NCBI RefSeq assembly: GCF_964355755.1
Contig: NC_092680.1
Coordinates: 11,346,001-11,410,000, forward strand
DNA: 64,000 nucleotides
Source: Antedon mediterranea
Taxonomy: Eukaryota; Animalia; Echinodermata
Reading direction: 5' to 3'
Part shown: in pieces, positions 37,428 to 51,188 of the stretch
Position numbering within the stretch: the stretch's first letter is position 1
How the letters are laid out: each line of letters opens with the position of its first letter
Notes under the pieces: model-generated
What the model was told of the DNA's origin: nothing
Databases searched by the model: none
Seen by the model: only the letters and a program-made list of their open reading frames with translations
Position numbers and translations under genes: made by a program

Positions 37428-40400
37428 ATTAAGCTATTTTGTGCTCTTTGATGTTTTTGTGTAACCAAGTTTCATCGAAAATCACAAAATGGTCTAAAAC
37501 GTCTCAAAATGCGATTTGAAGCTTTTCTAAGCACTTTGGTGTTTTTATCTTAACAAGTTTTTTCGAAAATCACGAAATGGTCTAAAATGTCTCCAAATGC
37601 GATTTGAAGATATTCTGAGCACTTTGGTGTTTTTATGTTAAAAAGTTTTTTCGAAAATCACAAAATGGTCTAAAACGTCTCCAAATGCGATTTGAAGCTC
37701 TTCTGTACACTTTGATGTTTTGTGTGAAAAAGTTTTGTCGAAATGCTCAAAATGGTCTAAAACGTTTTTAAATACGATATTAAGCTGTTTTGTGCACTTT
37801 GATGATTTGTGTGAAAAGTTTTAACGAAATGCTCAAAATGGTCTAAAACGGTTTCTAATGTGATTTTAAGCACTTTGATGTTTTTGTGTAACCAAGTTTT
37901 TTCGAAAATCACAAAATAGTCTAAAACGTCTCCAAATGCGATTTGAAGCTTTTCTAAGCACTTTGGTGTTTTTATGTTAACAAGTTTTTTCGAAAATCAC
38001 AAAATGGTCTAAAACGTCTCCAAATGCGATTTGAGGATATTCTGAGCACTTTGGTGTTTTTTTGTTAAAAAGTTTTTTCGAAAATCACAAAATGGTCTAA
38101 AACGTCTCCAAATGCGATTTGAAGCTATTCTGTACACTTTGATGTTTTGTGTGAAAAAGTTTTGTCGAAATGCTCAAAATGGTCTAAAACGTTTTTAAAT
38201 ACGATATTAAGCTATTTTGTGATCTTTGATGTTTTTGTGTGAAAAGTTTTATCGAAATGCTCAAAATGGTCTAAAACGGTTTCTATTGTGATTTTGAGCA
38301 CTTTGATGATTTTGTGTAACCAAGTTTCATCGAAATGTACAAAATGGTCTAAAACGTCTCCAAATGCGATTTGAAGCTATTCTAAGTACTTTTGTGTTTT
38401 TATGTTAACAAGTTTTTTCGAAAATCACAAAATGGTCTAAAACGTCTCAAAATGCGATTTGAAGCTATTCTGTACACTTTGATGTTTTGTGTGAAAAAGT
38501 TTTGTCGAAATGCTCAAAATGGTCTAAAACGTTTTTAAAACGATATTAAGCTATTTTGTGCTCTTTGATGTTTTTGTGTAACCAAGTTTCATCGAAATCA
38601 ACAAAATGGTCTAATACGTCTCCAAATGCGATTTGAAGCTTTTCCAAGCTTTTTGCTGTTTTTATGTTAAGTTTTTTCGAAAATCACAAAATGGTCTAAA
38701 ACGTCTTCAAATGCGATTTGAAGCTATTCTGTACACTTTGATGTTTTGTGTGAAAAAGTTTTGTCGAAATGCTCAAAATGGTCTAAAACGTTTTTAAATA
38801 CGATATTAAGCTATTTTGTGATCTTTGATGTTTTTGTGTGAAAAGTTTTATCAAAATGCTCAAAATGGTCTGAAACGGTTTCTAATGCGATTTGAAGCTA
38901 TTCTGTACACTTTGAAGTTTTGTGTGAAAAAGTTTTCTCGAAATGCTCAAAATGGTCTAAAACGTTTTTATATACCATATTAAGCTATTTTGTGCACTTT
39001 GATGTTTTTTTTGAAAAGTTTTATCGAAATGCTCAAAATGGTCTAAAACGGTTTCTATTGGGATTTTAAGCACTTTGATGATTTTGTGTAACCAAGTTTC
39101 ATCGAAAATCACAAAATGGTCTAAAACGTCTCCAAATGCGATTTGAAGCTTTTCTAAGCACTTTTGTGTTTTTATGTTAACAAGTTTTTTCGAAAATCAC
39201 AAAATGGTCTAAAACGTCTTCAAATGCGATTTGAAGCTATTCTGTACACTTTTATGTTTTGTGTGAAAAAGTTTTGTCGAAATTCTCAAAATGGTCTAAA
39301 ACGTTTTTAAATACGATATTAAGCTGTTTTGTGCACTTTGATGATTTGTGTGAAAAGTTTTAACGAAATGCTCAAAATGGTCTAAAACGGTTTCTAATGT
39401 GATTTTAAGCACTTTGATGTTTTTGTGTAACCAAGTTTTTTCGAAAATCACAAAATAGTCTAAAACGTCTCCAAATGCGATTTGAAGCTTTTCTAAGCAC
39501 TTTGGTGTTTTTATGTTAACAAGTTTTTTCGAAAATCACAAAATGGTCTAAAACGTCTCCAAATGCGATTTGAGCATATTCTGAGCAGTTTGGTGTTTTT
39601 TTGTTAAAAAGTTTTTTCGAAAATAACAAAATGGTCTAAAACGTCTCCAAATGCGATTTGAAGCTATTCTGTACACTTTGATGTTTTGTGTGAAAAAGTT
39701 TTGTCGAAATGCTCAAAATGGTCTAAAACGTTTTTAAATACGATATTAAGCTATTTTGTGATCTTTGATGTTTTTGTGTGAAAAGTTTTATCGAAATGCT
39801 CAAAATGTTCTAAAACGGTTTCTATTGTGATTTTAAGCACTTTGATGATTTTGTGTAACCAAGTTTCATCGAAATGTACAAAATGGTCTAAAACGTCTCC
39901 AAATGCGATTTGAAGCTATTCTAAGTACTTTTGTGTTTTTATGTTAACAAGTTTTTTCGAAAATCACAAAATGGTCTAAAACGTCTTCAAATGCGATTTG
40001 AAGCTATTCTGTACACTTTGATGTTTTGTGTGAAAAAGTTTTGTCAAAATGCTCAAAATGGTCTAAAACGTTTTTAAAACGATATTAAGCTATTTTGTGC
40101 TCTTTGATGTTTTTGTGTAACCAAGTTTCATCGAAAATCACAAAATGGTCTAAAACGTCTCCAAATGCGATTTGAAGCTTTTCTAAGCACTTTGGTGTTT
40201 TTATGTTAACAAGTTTTTTCGAAAATCACAAAATGGTCTAAAACGTCTCCAAATGCGATTTGAAGCTCTTCTGTACACTTTGATGTTCTGTGTGAAAAAG
40301 TTTTGTCGAAATTCTCAAAATGGTCTAAAAGGTTTTTAAATACGATATTAAGCTGTTTTGTGCACTTTGATGATTTGTGTGAAAAGTTTTAACGAAATGC

Positions 40401-40761
40401 TCAAAATGGTCTAAAACGGTTTCTAATGTGATTTTAAGCACTTTGATGTTTTTGTGTAACCAAGTTTTTTCGAAAATCACAAAATGGTCTAATACGTCTC
40501 CAAATGCGATTTGAAGCTTTTCCAAGCACTTTGCTGTTTTTATGTTAAGTTTTTTCGAAAATCACAAAATGGTCTAAAACGTCTTCAAATGCGATTTGAA
40601 GCTATTCTGTACACTTTGATGTTTTGTGTGAAAAAGTTTTGTCGAAATGCTCAAAATGGTCTAAAACGTTTTTAAATACGATATTAAGCTATTTTGTTAT
40701 CTTTGATGTTTTTGTGTGAAAAGTTTTATCAAAATGCTCAAAATGGTCTGAAACGGTTTCT

Positions 40762-43700
40762 AATGCGATTTGAAGCTATTCTGTACACTTTGATGTTTTG
40801 TGTGAAAAAGTTTTGTCAAAATGCTCAAAATGGTCTAAAACGTTTTTAAAACGATATAAAGCTATTTTGTGCTCTTTGATGTTTTTGTGTAACCAAGTTT
40901 CATCGAAAATCACAAAATGATCTAAAACGTCTCCAAATGCGATTTGAAGCTTTTCTAAGCACTTTGGTGTTTTTATGTTAACAAGTTTTTTCGAAAATCA
41001 CAAAATGGTCTAAAACGTCTCCAAATGCGATTTGAAGCTCTTCTGTACACTTTGATGTTTTGTTTGAAAAAGTTTTGTCGAAATTCTCAAAATGGTCTAA
41101 AACGTTTTTAAATACGATATTAAGCTGTTTTGTGCACTTTGATGATTTGTGTGAAAAGTTTTAACGAAATGCTCAAAATGGTCTAAAACGGTTTCTAATG
41201 TGATTTTAAGCACTTTGATGTTTTTGTGTAACCAAGTTTTATCGAAAATCACAAAATAGTCTAAAACGTCTCCAAATGCGATTTGAAGCTTTTCTAAGCA
41301 CTTTGGTGTTTTTATGTTAACAAGTTTTTTCGAAAATCACAAAATGGTCTAAAACGTCTCCAAATGCGATTTGAAGCTATTCTAAGTACTTTTGTGTTTT
41401 TATGTTAACAAGTTTTTTCGAAAATCACAAAATGGTCTAAAACGTCTTCAAATGCGATTTGAAGCTATTCTGTACACTTTGATGTTTTGTGTGAAAAAGT
41501 TTTGTCAAAATGCTCAAAATGGTCTAAAACGTTTTTAAAACGATATTAAGCTATTTTGTGCTCTTTGATGTTTTTGTGTAACCAAGTTTCATCGAAAATC
41601 ACAAAATGGTCTAAAACGTCTCCAAATGCGATTTGAAGCTTTTCTAAGCACTTTGGTGTTTTTATGTTAACAAGTTTTTTCGAAAATCACAAAATGGTCT
41701 AAATCGTCTCCAAATGCGATTTGAAGCTCTTCTGTACACTTTGATGTTTTGTTTGAAAAAGTTTTGTCGAAATTCTCAAAATGGTCTAAAACGTTTTTAA
41801 ATACGATATTAAGCTGTTTTGTGCACTTTGATGATTTGTGTGAAAAGTTTTAACGAAATGCTCAAAATGGTCTAAAACGGTTTCTAATGTGATTTTAAGC
41901 ACTTTGATGTTTTTGTGTAACCAAGTTTTTTCGAAAATCACAAAATAGTCTAAAACGTCTCCAAATGCGATTTGAAGCTTTTCTAAGCACTTTGGTGTTT
42001 TTATGTTAACAAGTTTTTTCGAAAATCACAAAATGGTCGAAAACGTCTCAAAATGCGATTTGAGGATATTCTGAGCACTTTGGTGTTTTTTTGTTAAAAA
42101 GTTTTTTCGAAAATCACAAAATGGTCTAAAACGTCTCCAAATGCGATTTGAAGCTATTCTGTACACTTTGATGTTTTGTGTGAAAAAGTTTTGTCGAAAT
42201 GCTCAAAATGGTCTAAAACGTTTTTAAATACGATATTAAGCTATTTTGTGATCTTTGATGTTTTTGTGTGAAAAGTTTTATCGAAATGCTCAAAATGGTC
42301 TAAAACGTTTTTAAAACGATATTAAGCTATTTTGTGCTCTTTGATGTTTTTGTGTTACCAAGTTTCATCGAAAATCACAAAATGGTCTAAAACGTCGCCA
42401 AATGCGATTTGAAGCTATTCTGTACACTTTGATGTTTTGTGTGAAAAAGTTTTGTCGAAATGCTCAAAATGGTCTAAAACGTTTTTAAAACGATATTAAG
42501 CTATTTTGTGCTCTTTGATGTTTTTGTGTAACCAAGTTTCATCGAAAATCACAAAATGGTCTAAAACGTCTCCAAATGCGATTTGAAGCTTTTCTAAGCA
42601 CTTTGGTGTTTTTATGTTAACAAGTTTTTTCGAAAATCACAAAATGGTCTAAAACGTCTCCAAATGCGATTTGAAGCTCTTCTGTACACTTTGATGTTTT
42701 GTTTGAAAAAGTTTTGTCGAAATTTTCAAAATGGTCTAAAACGTTTTTAAATACGATATTAAGCTGTTTTGTGCACTTTGATGATTTGTGTGAAAAGTTT
42801 TAACGAAATGCTCAAAATGGTCTAAAACGGTTTCTAATGTGATTTTAAGCACTTTGATGTTTTTGTGTAACCAAGTTTTTTCGAAAATCACAAAATAGTC
42901 AAAAACGTCTCCAAATGCGATTTGAAGCTTTTCTAAGCACTTTGGTGTTTTTATGTTAACAAGTTTTTTCGAAAATCACAAAATGGTCTAAAACGTCTCC
43001 AAATGCGATTTGAGGATATTCTGAGCACTTTGGTGTTTTTTTGTTAAAAAGTTTTTTCGAAAATCACAAAATGGTCTAAAATGTCTCCAAATGCGATTTG
43101 AAGCTATTCTGTACACTTTGATGTTTTATGTGAAAAAGTTTTGTCGAAATGCTCAAAATGGTCTAAAACGTTTTTAAATACGATATTAAGCTATTTTGTG
43201 ATCTTTGATGTTTTTGTGTGAAAAGTTTTATCGAAATGCTCAAAATGGTCTAAAACGTTTTTAAAACGATATTAAGCTATTTTGTGCTCTTTGATGTTTT
43301 TGTGTAACCAAGTTTCATCGAAAATCACAAAATGGTCTAAAACGTCGCCAAATGCGATTTGAAGCTTTTCTAAGCACTTTGGTGTTTTTATGTTAACAAG
43401 TTTTTTCGAAAATCACGAAATGGTCTAAAATATCTCCAAATGCGATTTGAAGATATTCTGAGCACTTTGGTGTTTTTATGTTAAAAAGTTTTTTCGAAAA
43501 TCACAAAATGGTCTAAAACGTCTCCAAACGCGATTTGAAGCTCTTCTGTACACTTTGATGTTTTGTGTGAAAAAGTTTTGTCGAAATTCTCAAAATGGTC
43601 TAAAACGTTTTTAAATACGATATTAAGCTGTTTTGTGCACTTTGATGATTTGTGTGAAAAGTTTTAACGAAATGCTCAAAATGGTCAAAAACGGTTTCTA

Positions 43701-46700
43701 ATGTGATTTTAAGCACTTTGATGTTTTTGTGTAACCAAGTTTTTTCAAAAATCACAAAATGGTCTAAAACGTCTCCAAATGCGATTTGAAGCTTTTCTAA
43801 GCACTTTGGTGTTTTTATGTTAACAAGTTTTTTCGAAAATCACAAAATGGTCTAAAACGTCTCCAAATGCGATTTGAAGATATTCTGAGCACTTTGGTGT
43901 TTTTATGTTAAAAAGTTTTTTCGAAAATCACAAAATAGTCTAAAACGTCTCCAAATGCGATTTGAAGCTATTCTGTACACTTTGATGTTTTGTGTGAAAA
44001 AGTTTTGTCGAAATGCTCAAAATGGTCTAAAACGTTTTTAAAACGATATTAAGCTATTTTGTGCTCTTTGATGTTTTTGTGTAACCAAGTTTCATCGAAA
44101 ATCACAAAATGGTCTAAAACGTCTCAAAATGCGATTTGAAGCTTTTCTAAGCACTTTGGTGTTTTTATGTTAACAAGTTTTTTCGAAAATCACGAAATGG
44201 TCTAAAATGTCTCCAAATGCGATTTGAAGATATTCTGAGCACTTTGGTGTTTTTATGTTAAAAAGTTTTTTCGAAAATCACAAAATGGTCTAAAACGTCT
44301 CCAAATGCGATTTGAAGCTCTTCTGTACACTTTGATGTTTTGTGTGAAAAAGTTTTGTCGAAATGCTCAAAATGGTCTAAAACGTTTTTAAATACGATAT
44401 TAAGCTGTTTTGTGCACTTTGATGATTTGTGTGAAAAGTTTTAACGAAATGCTCAAAATGGTCTAAAACGGTTTCTAATGTGATTTTAAGCACTTTGATG
44501 TTTTTGTGTAACCAAGTTTTTTCGAAAATCACAAAATAGTCTAAAACGTCTCCAAATGCGATTTGAAGCTTTTCTAAGCACTTTGGTGTTTTTATGTTAA
44601 CAAGTTTTTTCGAAAATCACGAAATGGTCTAAAATGTCTCCAAATGCGATTTGAAGATATTCTGAGCACTTTGGTGTTTTTATGTTAAAAAGTTTTTTCG
44701 AAAATCACAAAATGGTCTAAAACGTCTCCAAATGCGATTTGAAGCTCTTCTGTACACTTTGATGTTTTGTGTGAAAAAGTTTTGTCGAAATGCTCAAAAT
44801 GGTCTAAAACGTTTTTAAATACGATATTAAGCTATTTTGTGATCTTTGATGTTTTTGTGTGAAAAGTTTTATCGAAATGCTCAAAATGGTCTAAAACGGT
44901 TTCTATTGTGATTTTAAGCACTTTGATGATTTTGTGTAACAAAGTTTCATCGAAATGTACAAAATGGTCTAAAACGTCTCCAAATGCGATTTGAAGCTAT
45001 TCTAAGTACTTTTGTGTTTTTATGTTAACAAGTTTTTTCGAAAATCACAAAATGGTCTAAAACGTCTTCAAATGCGATTTGAAGCTATTCTGTACACTTT
45101 GATGTTTTGTGTGAAAAAGTTTTGTCAAAATTCTCAAAATGGTCTAAAACGTTTTTAAAACGATATTAAGCTATTTTGTGCTCTTTGATGTTTTTGTGTA
45201 ACCAAGTTTCATCGAAAATCACAAAATGATCTAAAACGTCTCCAAATGCGATTTGAAGCTTTTCTAAGCACTTTGGTGTTTTTATGTTAACAAGTTTTTT
45301 CGAAAATCACAAAATGGTCTAAAACGTCTCCAAATGCGATTTGAAGCTCTTCTGTACACTTTGATGTTTTGTTTGAAAAAGTTTTGTCGAAATTCTCAAA
45401 ATGGTCTAAAACGTTTTTAAATACGATATTAAGCTGTTTTGTGCACTTTGATGATTTGTGTGAAAAGTTTTAACGAAATGCTCAAAATGTTCTAAAACGG
45501 TTTCTAATGTGATTTTAAGCACTTTGATGTTTTTGTGTAACCAAGTTTTATCGAAAATCACAAAATAGTCTAAAACGTCTCCAAATGCGATTTGAAGCTT
45601 TTCTAAGCACTTTGGTGTTTTTATGTTAACAAGTTTTTTCGAAAATCACAAAATGGTCTAAAACGTCTCCAAATGCGATTTGAAGCTATTCTAAGTACTT
45701 TTGTGTTTTTATGTTAACAAGTTTTTTCGAAAATCACAAAATGGTCTAAAACGTCTTCAAATGCGATTTGAAGCTATTCTGTACACTTTGATGTTTTGTG
45801 TGAAAAAGTTTTGTCAAAATGCTCAAAATGGTCTAAAACGTTTTTAAAACGATATTAAGCTTTTTTGTGCTCTTTGATGTTTTTGTGTAACCAAGTTTCA
45901 TCGAAAATCACAAAATGGTCTAAAACGTCTCCAAATGCGATTTGAAGCTTTTCTAAGCACTTTGGTGTTTTTATGTTAACAAGTTTTTTCGAAAATCACA
46001 AAATGGTCTAAATCGTCTCCAAATGCGATTTGAAGCTCTTCTGTACACTTTGATGTTTTGTTTGAAAAAGTTTTGTCGAAATTCTCAAAATGGTCTAAAA
46101 CGTTTTTAAATACGATATTAAGCTGTTTTGTGCACTTTGATGATTTGTGTGAAAAGTTTTAACGAAATGCTCAAAATGGTCTAAAACGGTTTCTAATGTG
46201 ATTTTAAGCACTTTGATGTTTTTGTGTAACCAAGTTTTTTCGAAAATCACAAAATAGTCTAAAACGTCTCCAAATGCGATTTGAAGCTTTTCTAAGCACT
46301 TTGGTGTTTTTATGTTAACAAGTTTTTTCGAAAATCACAAAATGGTCGAAAACGTCTCAAAATGCGATTTGAGGATATTCTGAGCACTTTGGTGTTTTTT
46401 TGTTAAAAAGTTTTTTCGAAAATCACAAAATGGTCTAAAACGTCTCCAAATGCGATTTGAAGCTATTCTGTACACTTTGATGTTTTGTGTGAAAAAGTTT
46501 TGTCGAAATGCTCAAAATGGTCTAAAACGTTTTTAAATACGATAATAAGCTATTTTGTGATCTTTGATGTTTTTGTGTGAAAAGTTTTATCGAAATGCTC
46601 AAAATGGTCTAAAACGTTTTTAAAACGATATTAAGCTATTTTGTGCTCTTTGATGTTTTTGTGTAACCAAGTTTCATCGAAAATCACAAAATGGTCTAAA

Positions 46701-49700
46701 ACGTCGCCAAATGCGATTTGAAGCTATTCTGTACACTTTGATGTTTTGTGTGAAAAAGTTTTGTCGAAATGCTCAAAATGGTCTAAAACGTTTTTAAAAC
46801 GATATTAAGCTATTTTGTGCTCTTTGATGTTTTTGTGTAACCAAGTTTCATCGAAAATCACAAAATGGTCTAAAACGTCTCCAAATGCGATTTGAAGCTT
46901 TTCTAAGCACTTTGGTGTTTTTATGTTAACAAGTTTTTTCGAAAATCACAAAATGGTCTAAAACGTCTCCAAATGCGATTTGAAGCTCTTCTGTACACTT
47001 TGATGTTTTGTTTGAAAAAGTTTTGTCGAAATTTTCAAAATGGTCTAAAACGTTTTTAAATACGATATTAAGCTGTTTTGTGCACTTTGATGATTTGTGT
47101 GAAAAGTTTTAACGAAATGCTCAAAATGGTCTAAAACGGTTTCTAATGTGATTTTAAGCACTTTGATGTTTTTGTGTAACCAAGTTTTTTCGAAAATCAC
47201 AAAATAGTCTAAAACGTCTCCAAATGCGATTTGAAGCTTTTCTAAGCACTTTGGTGTTTTTATGTTAACAAGTTTTTTCGAAAATCACAAAATGGTCTAA
47301 AACGTCTCCAAATGCGATTTGAGGATATTCTGAGCACTTTGGTGTTTTTTTGTTAAAAAGTTTTTTCGAAAATCACAAAATGGTCTAAAATGTCTCCAAA
47401 TGCGATTTGAAGCTATTCTGTACACTTTGATGTTTTATGTGAAAAAGTTTTGTCGAAATGCTCAAAATGGTCTAAAACGTTTTTAAATACGATATTAAGC
47501 TATTTTGTGATCTTTGATGTTTTTGTGTGAAAAGTTTTATCGAAATGCTCAAAATGGTCTAAAACGTTTTTAAAACGATATTAAGCTATTTTGTGCTCTT
47601 TGATGTTTTTGTGTAACCAAGTTTCATCGAAAATCACAAAATGGTCTAAAACGTCGCCAAATGCGATTTGAAGCTTTTCTAAGCACTTTGGTGTTTTTAT
47701 GTTAACAAGTTTTTTCGAAAATCACGAAATGGTCTAAAATATCTCCAAATGCGATTTGAAGATATTCTGAGCACTTTGGTGTTTTTATGTTAAAAAGTTT
47801 TTTCGAAAATCACAAAATGGTCTAAAACGTCTCCAAACGCGATTTGAAGCTCTTCTGTACACTTTGATGTTTTGTGTGAAAAAGTTTTGTCGAAATTCTC
47901 AAAATGGTCTAAAACGTTTTTAAATACGATATTAAGCTGTTTTGTGCACTTTGATGATTTGTGTGAAAAGTTTTAACGAAATGCTCAAAATGGTCAAAAA
48001 CGGTTTCTAATGTGATTTTAAGCACTTTGATGTTTTTGTGTAACCAAGTTTTTTCAAAAATCACAAAATGGTCTAAAACGTCTCCAAATGCGATTTGAAG
48101 CTTTTCTAAGCACTTTGGTGTTTTTATGTTAACAAGTTTTTTCGAAAATCACAAAATGGTCTAAAACGTCTCCAAATGCGATTTGAAGATATTCTGAGCA
48201 CTTTGGTGTTTTTATGTTAAAAAGTTTTTTTGAAAATCACAAAATAGTCTAAAACGTCTCCAAATGCGATTTGAAGCTATTCTGTACACTTTGATGTTTT
48301 GTGTGAAAAAGTTTTGTCGAAATGCTCAAAATGGTCTAAAACGTTTTTAAAACGATATTAAGCTATTTTGTGCTCTTTGATGTTTTTGTGTAACCAAGTT
48401 TCATCGAAAATCACAAAATGGTCTAAAACGTCTCAAAATGCGATTTGAAGCTTTTCTAAGCACTTTGGTGTTTTTATGTTAACAAGTTTTTTCGAAAATC
48501 ACGAAATGGTCTAAAATGTCTCCAAATGCGATTTGAAGATATTCTGAGCACTTTGGTGTTTTTATGTTAAAAAGTTTTTTCGAAAATCACAAAATGGTCT
48601 AAAACGTCTCCAAATGCGATTTGAAGCTCTTCTGTACACTTTGATGTTTTGTGTGAAAAAGTTTTGTCGAAATGCTCAAAATGGTCTAAAACGTTTTTAA
48701 ATACGATATTAAGCTGTTTTGTGCACTTTGATGATTTGTGTGAAAAGTTTTAACGAAATGCTCAAAATGGTCTAAAACGGTTTCTAATGTGATTTTAAGC
48801 ACTTTGATGTTTTTGTGTAACCAAGTTTTTTCGAAAATCACAAAATAGTCTAAAACGTCTCCAAATGCGATTTGAAGCTTTTCTAAGCACTTTGGTGTTT
48901 TTATGTTAACAAGTTTTTTCGAAAATCACGAAATGGTCTAAAATGTCTCCAAATGCGATTTGAAGATATTCTGAGCACTTTGGTGTTTTTATGTTAAAAA
49001 GTTTTTTCGAAAATCACAAAATGGTCTAAAACGTCTCCAAATGCGATTTGAAGCTCTTCTGTACACTTTGATGTTTTGTGTGAAAAAGTTTTGTCGAAAT
49101 GCTCAAAATGGTCTAAAACGTTTTTAAATACGATATTAAGCTATTTTGTGATCTTTGATGTTTTTGTGTGAAAAGTTTTATCGAAATGCTCAAAATGGTC
49201 TAAAACGGTTTCTATTGTGATTTTAAGCACTTTGATGATTTTGTGTAACCAAGTTTCATCGAAATGTACAAAATGGTCTAAAACGTCTCCAAATGCGATT
49301 TGAAGCTATTCTAAGTACTTTTGTGTTTTTATGTTAACAAGTTTTTTCGAAAATCACAAAATGGTCTAAAACGTCTTCAAATGCGATTTGAAGCTATTCT
49401 GTACACTTTGATGTTTTGTGTGAAAAAGTTTTGTCAAAATGCTCAAAATGGTCTAAAACGTTTTTAAAACGATATTAAGCTATTTTGTGCTCTTTGATGT
49501 TTTTGTGTAACCAAGTTTCATCGAAAATCACAAAATGATCTAAAACGTCTCCAAATGCGATTTGAAGCTTTTCTAAGCACTTTGGTGTTTTTATGTTAAC
49601 AAGTTTTTTCGAAAATCACAAAATGGTCTAAAACGTCTCCAAATGCGATTTGAAGCTCTTCTGTACACTTTGATGTTTTGTTTGAAAAAGTTTTGTCGAA

Positions 49701-51188
49701 ATTCTCAAAATGGTCTAAAACGTTTTTAAATACGATATTAAGCTGTTTTGTGCACTTTGATGATTTGTGTGAAAAGTTTTAACGAAATGCTCAAAATGTT
49801 CTAAAACGGTTTCTAATGTGATTTTAAGCACTTTGATGTTTTTGTGTAACCAAGTTTTATCGAAAATCACAAAATAGTCTAAAACGTCTCCAAATGCGAT
49901 TTGAAGCTTTTCTAAGCACTTTGGTGTTTTTATGTTAACAAGTTTTTTCGAAAATCACAAAATGGTCTAAAACGTCTCCAAATGCGATTTGAAGCTATTC
50001 TAAGTACTTTTGTGTTTTTATGTTAACAAGTTTTTTCGAAAATCACAAAATGGTCTAAAACGTCTTCAAATGCGATTTGAAGCTATTCTGTACACTTTGA
50101 TGTTTTGTGTGAAAAAGTTTTGTCAAAATGCTCAAAATGGTCTAAAACGTTTTTAAAACGATATTAAGCTATTTTGTGCTCTTTGATGTTTTTGTGTAAC
50201 CAAGTTTCATCGAAAATCACAAAATGGTCTAAAACGTCTCCAAATGCGATTTGAAGCTTTTCTAAGCACTTTGGTGTTTTTATGTTAACAAGTTTTTTCG
50301 AAAATCACAAAATGGTCTAAATCGTCTCCAAATGCGATTTGAAGCTCTTCTGTACACTTTGATGTTTTGTTTGAAAAAGTTTTGTCGAAATTCTCAAAAT
50401 GGTCTAAAACGTTTTTAAATACGATATTAAGCTGTTTTGTGCACTTTGATGATTTGTGTGAAAAGTTTTAACGAAATGCTCAAATCGGTCTAAAACGGTT
50501 TCTAATGTGATTTTAAGCACTTTGATGTTTTTGTGTAACCAAGTTTTTTCGAAAATCACAAAATAGTCTAAAACGTCTCCAAATGCGATTTGAAGCTTTT
50601 CTAAGCACTTTGGTGTTTTTATGTTAACAAGTTTTTTCGAAAATCACAAAATGGTCGAAAACGTCTCAAAATGCGATTTGAGGATATTCTGAGCACTTTG
50701 GTGTTTTTTTGTTAAAAAGTTTTTTCGAAAATCACAAAATGGTCTAAAACGTCTCCAAATGCGATTTGAAGCTATTCTGTACACTTTGATGTTTTGTGTG
50801 AAAAAGTTTTGTCGAAATGCTCAAAATGGTCTAAAACGTTTTTAAATACGATATTAAGCTATTTTGTGATCTTTGATGTTTTTGTGTGAAAAGTTTTATC
50901 GAAATGCTCAAAATGGTCTAAAACGTTTTTAAAACGATATTAAGCTATTTTGTGCTCTTTGATGTTTTTGTGTAACCAAGTTTCATCGAAAATCACAAAA
51001 TGGTCTAAAACGTCGCCAAATGCGATTTGAAGCTATTCTGTACACTTTGATGTTTTGTGTGAAAAAGTTTTGTCGAAATGCTCAAAATGGTCTAAAACGT
51101 TTTTAAAACGATATTAAGCTATTTTGTGCTCTTTGATGTTTTTGTGTAACCAAGTTTCATCGAAAATCACAAAATGGTCTAAAACGTC
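40762..51188 (+). repeat. 4309-bp (~50-monomer) tandem duplication, ~2.4 copies
   Basis: Variants aaatgatcta at 40920/45229/49538, ctaaatcgtc at 41704/46013/50322 and ggtcgaaaac at 42039/46348/50657 all have a 4309-bp period. Confidence 0.93.
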
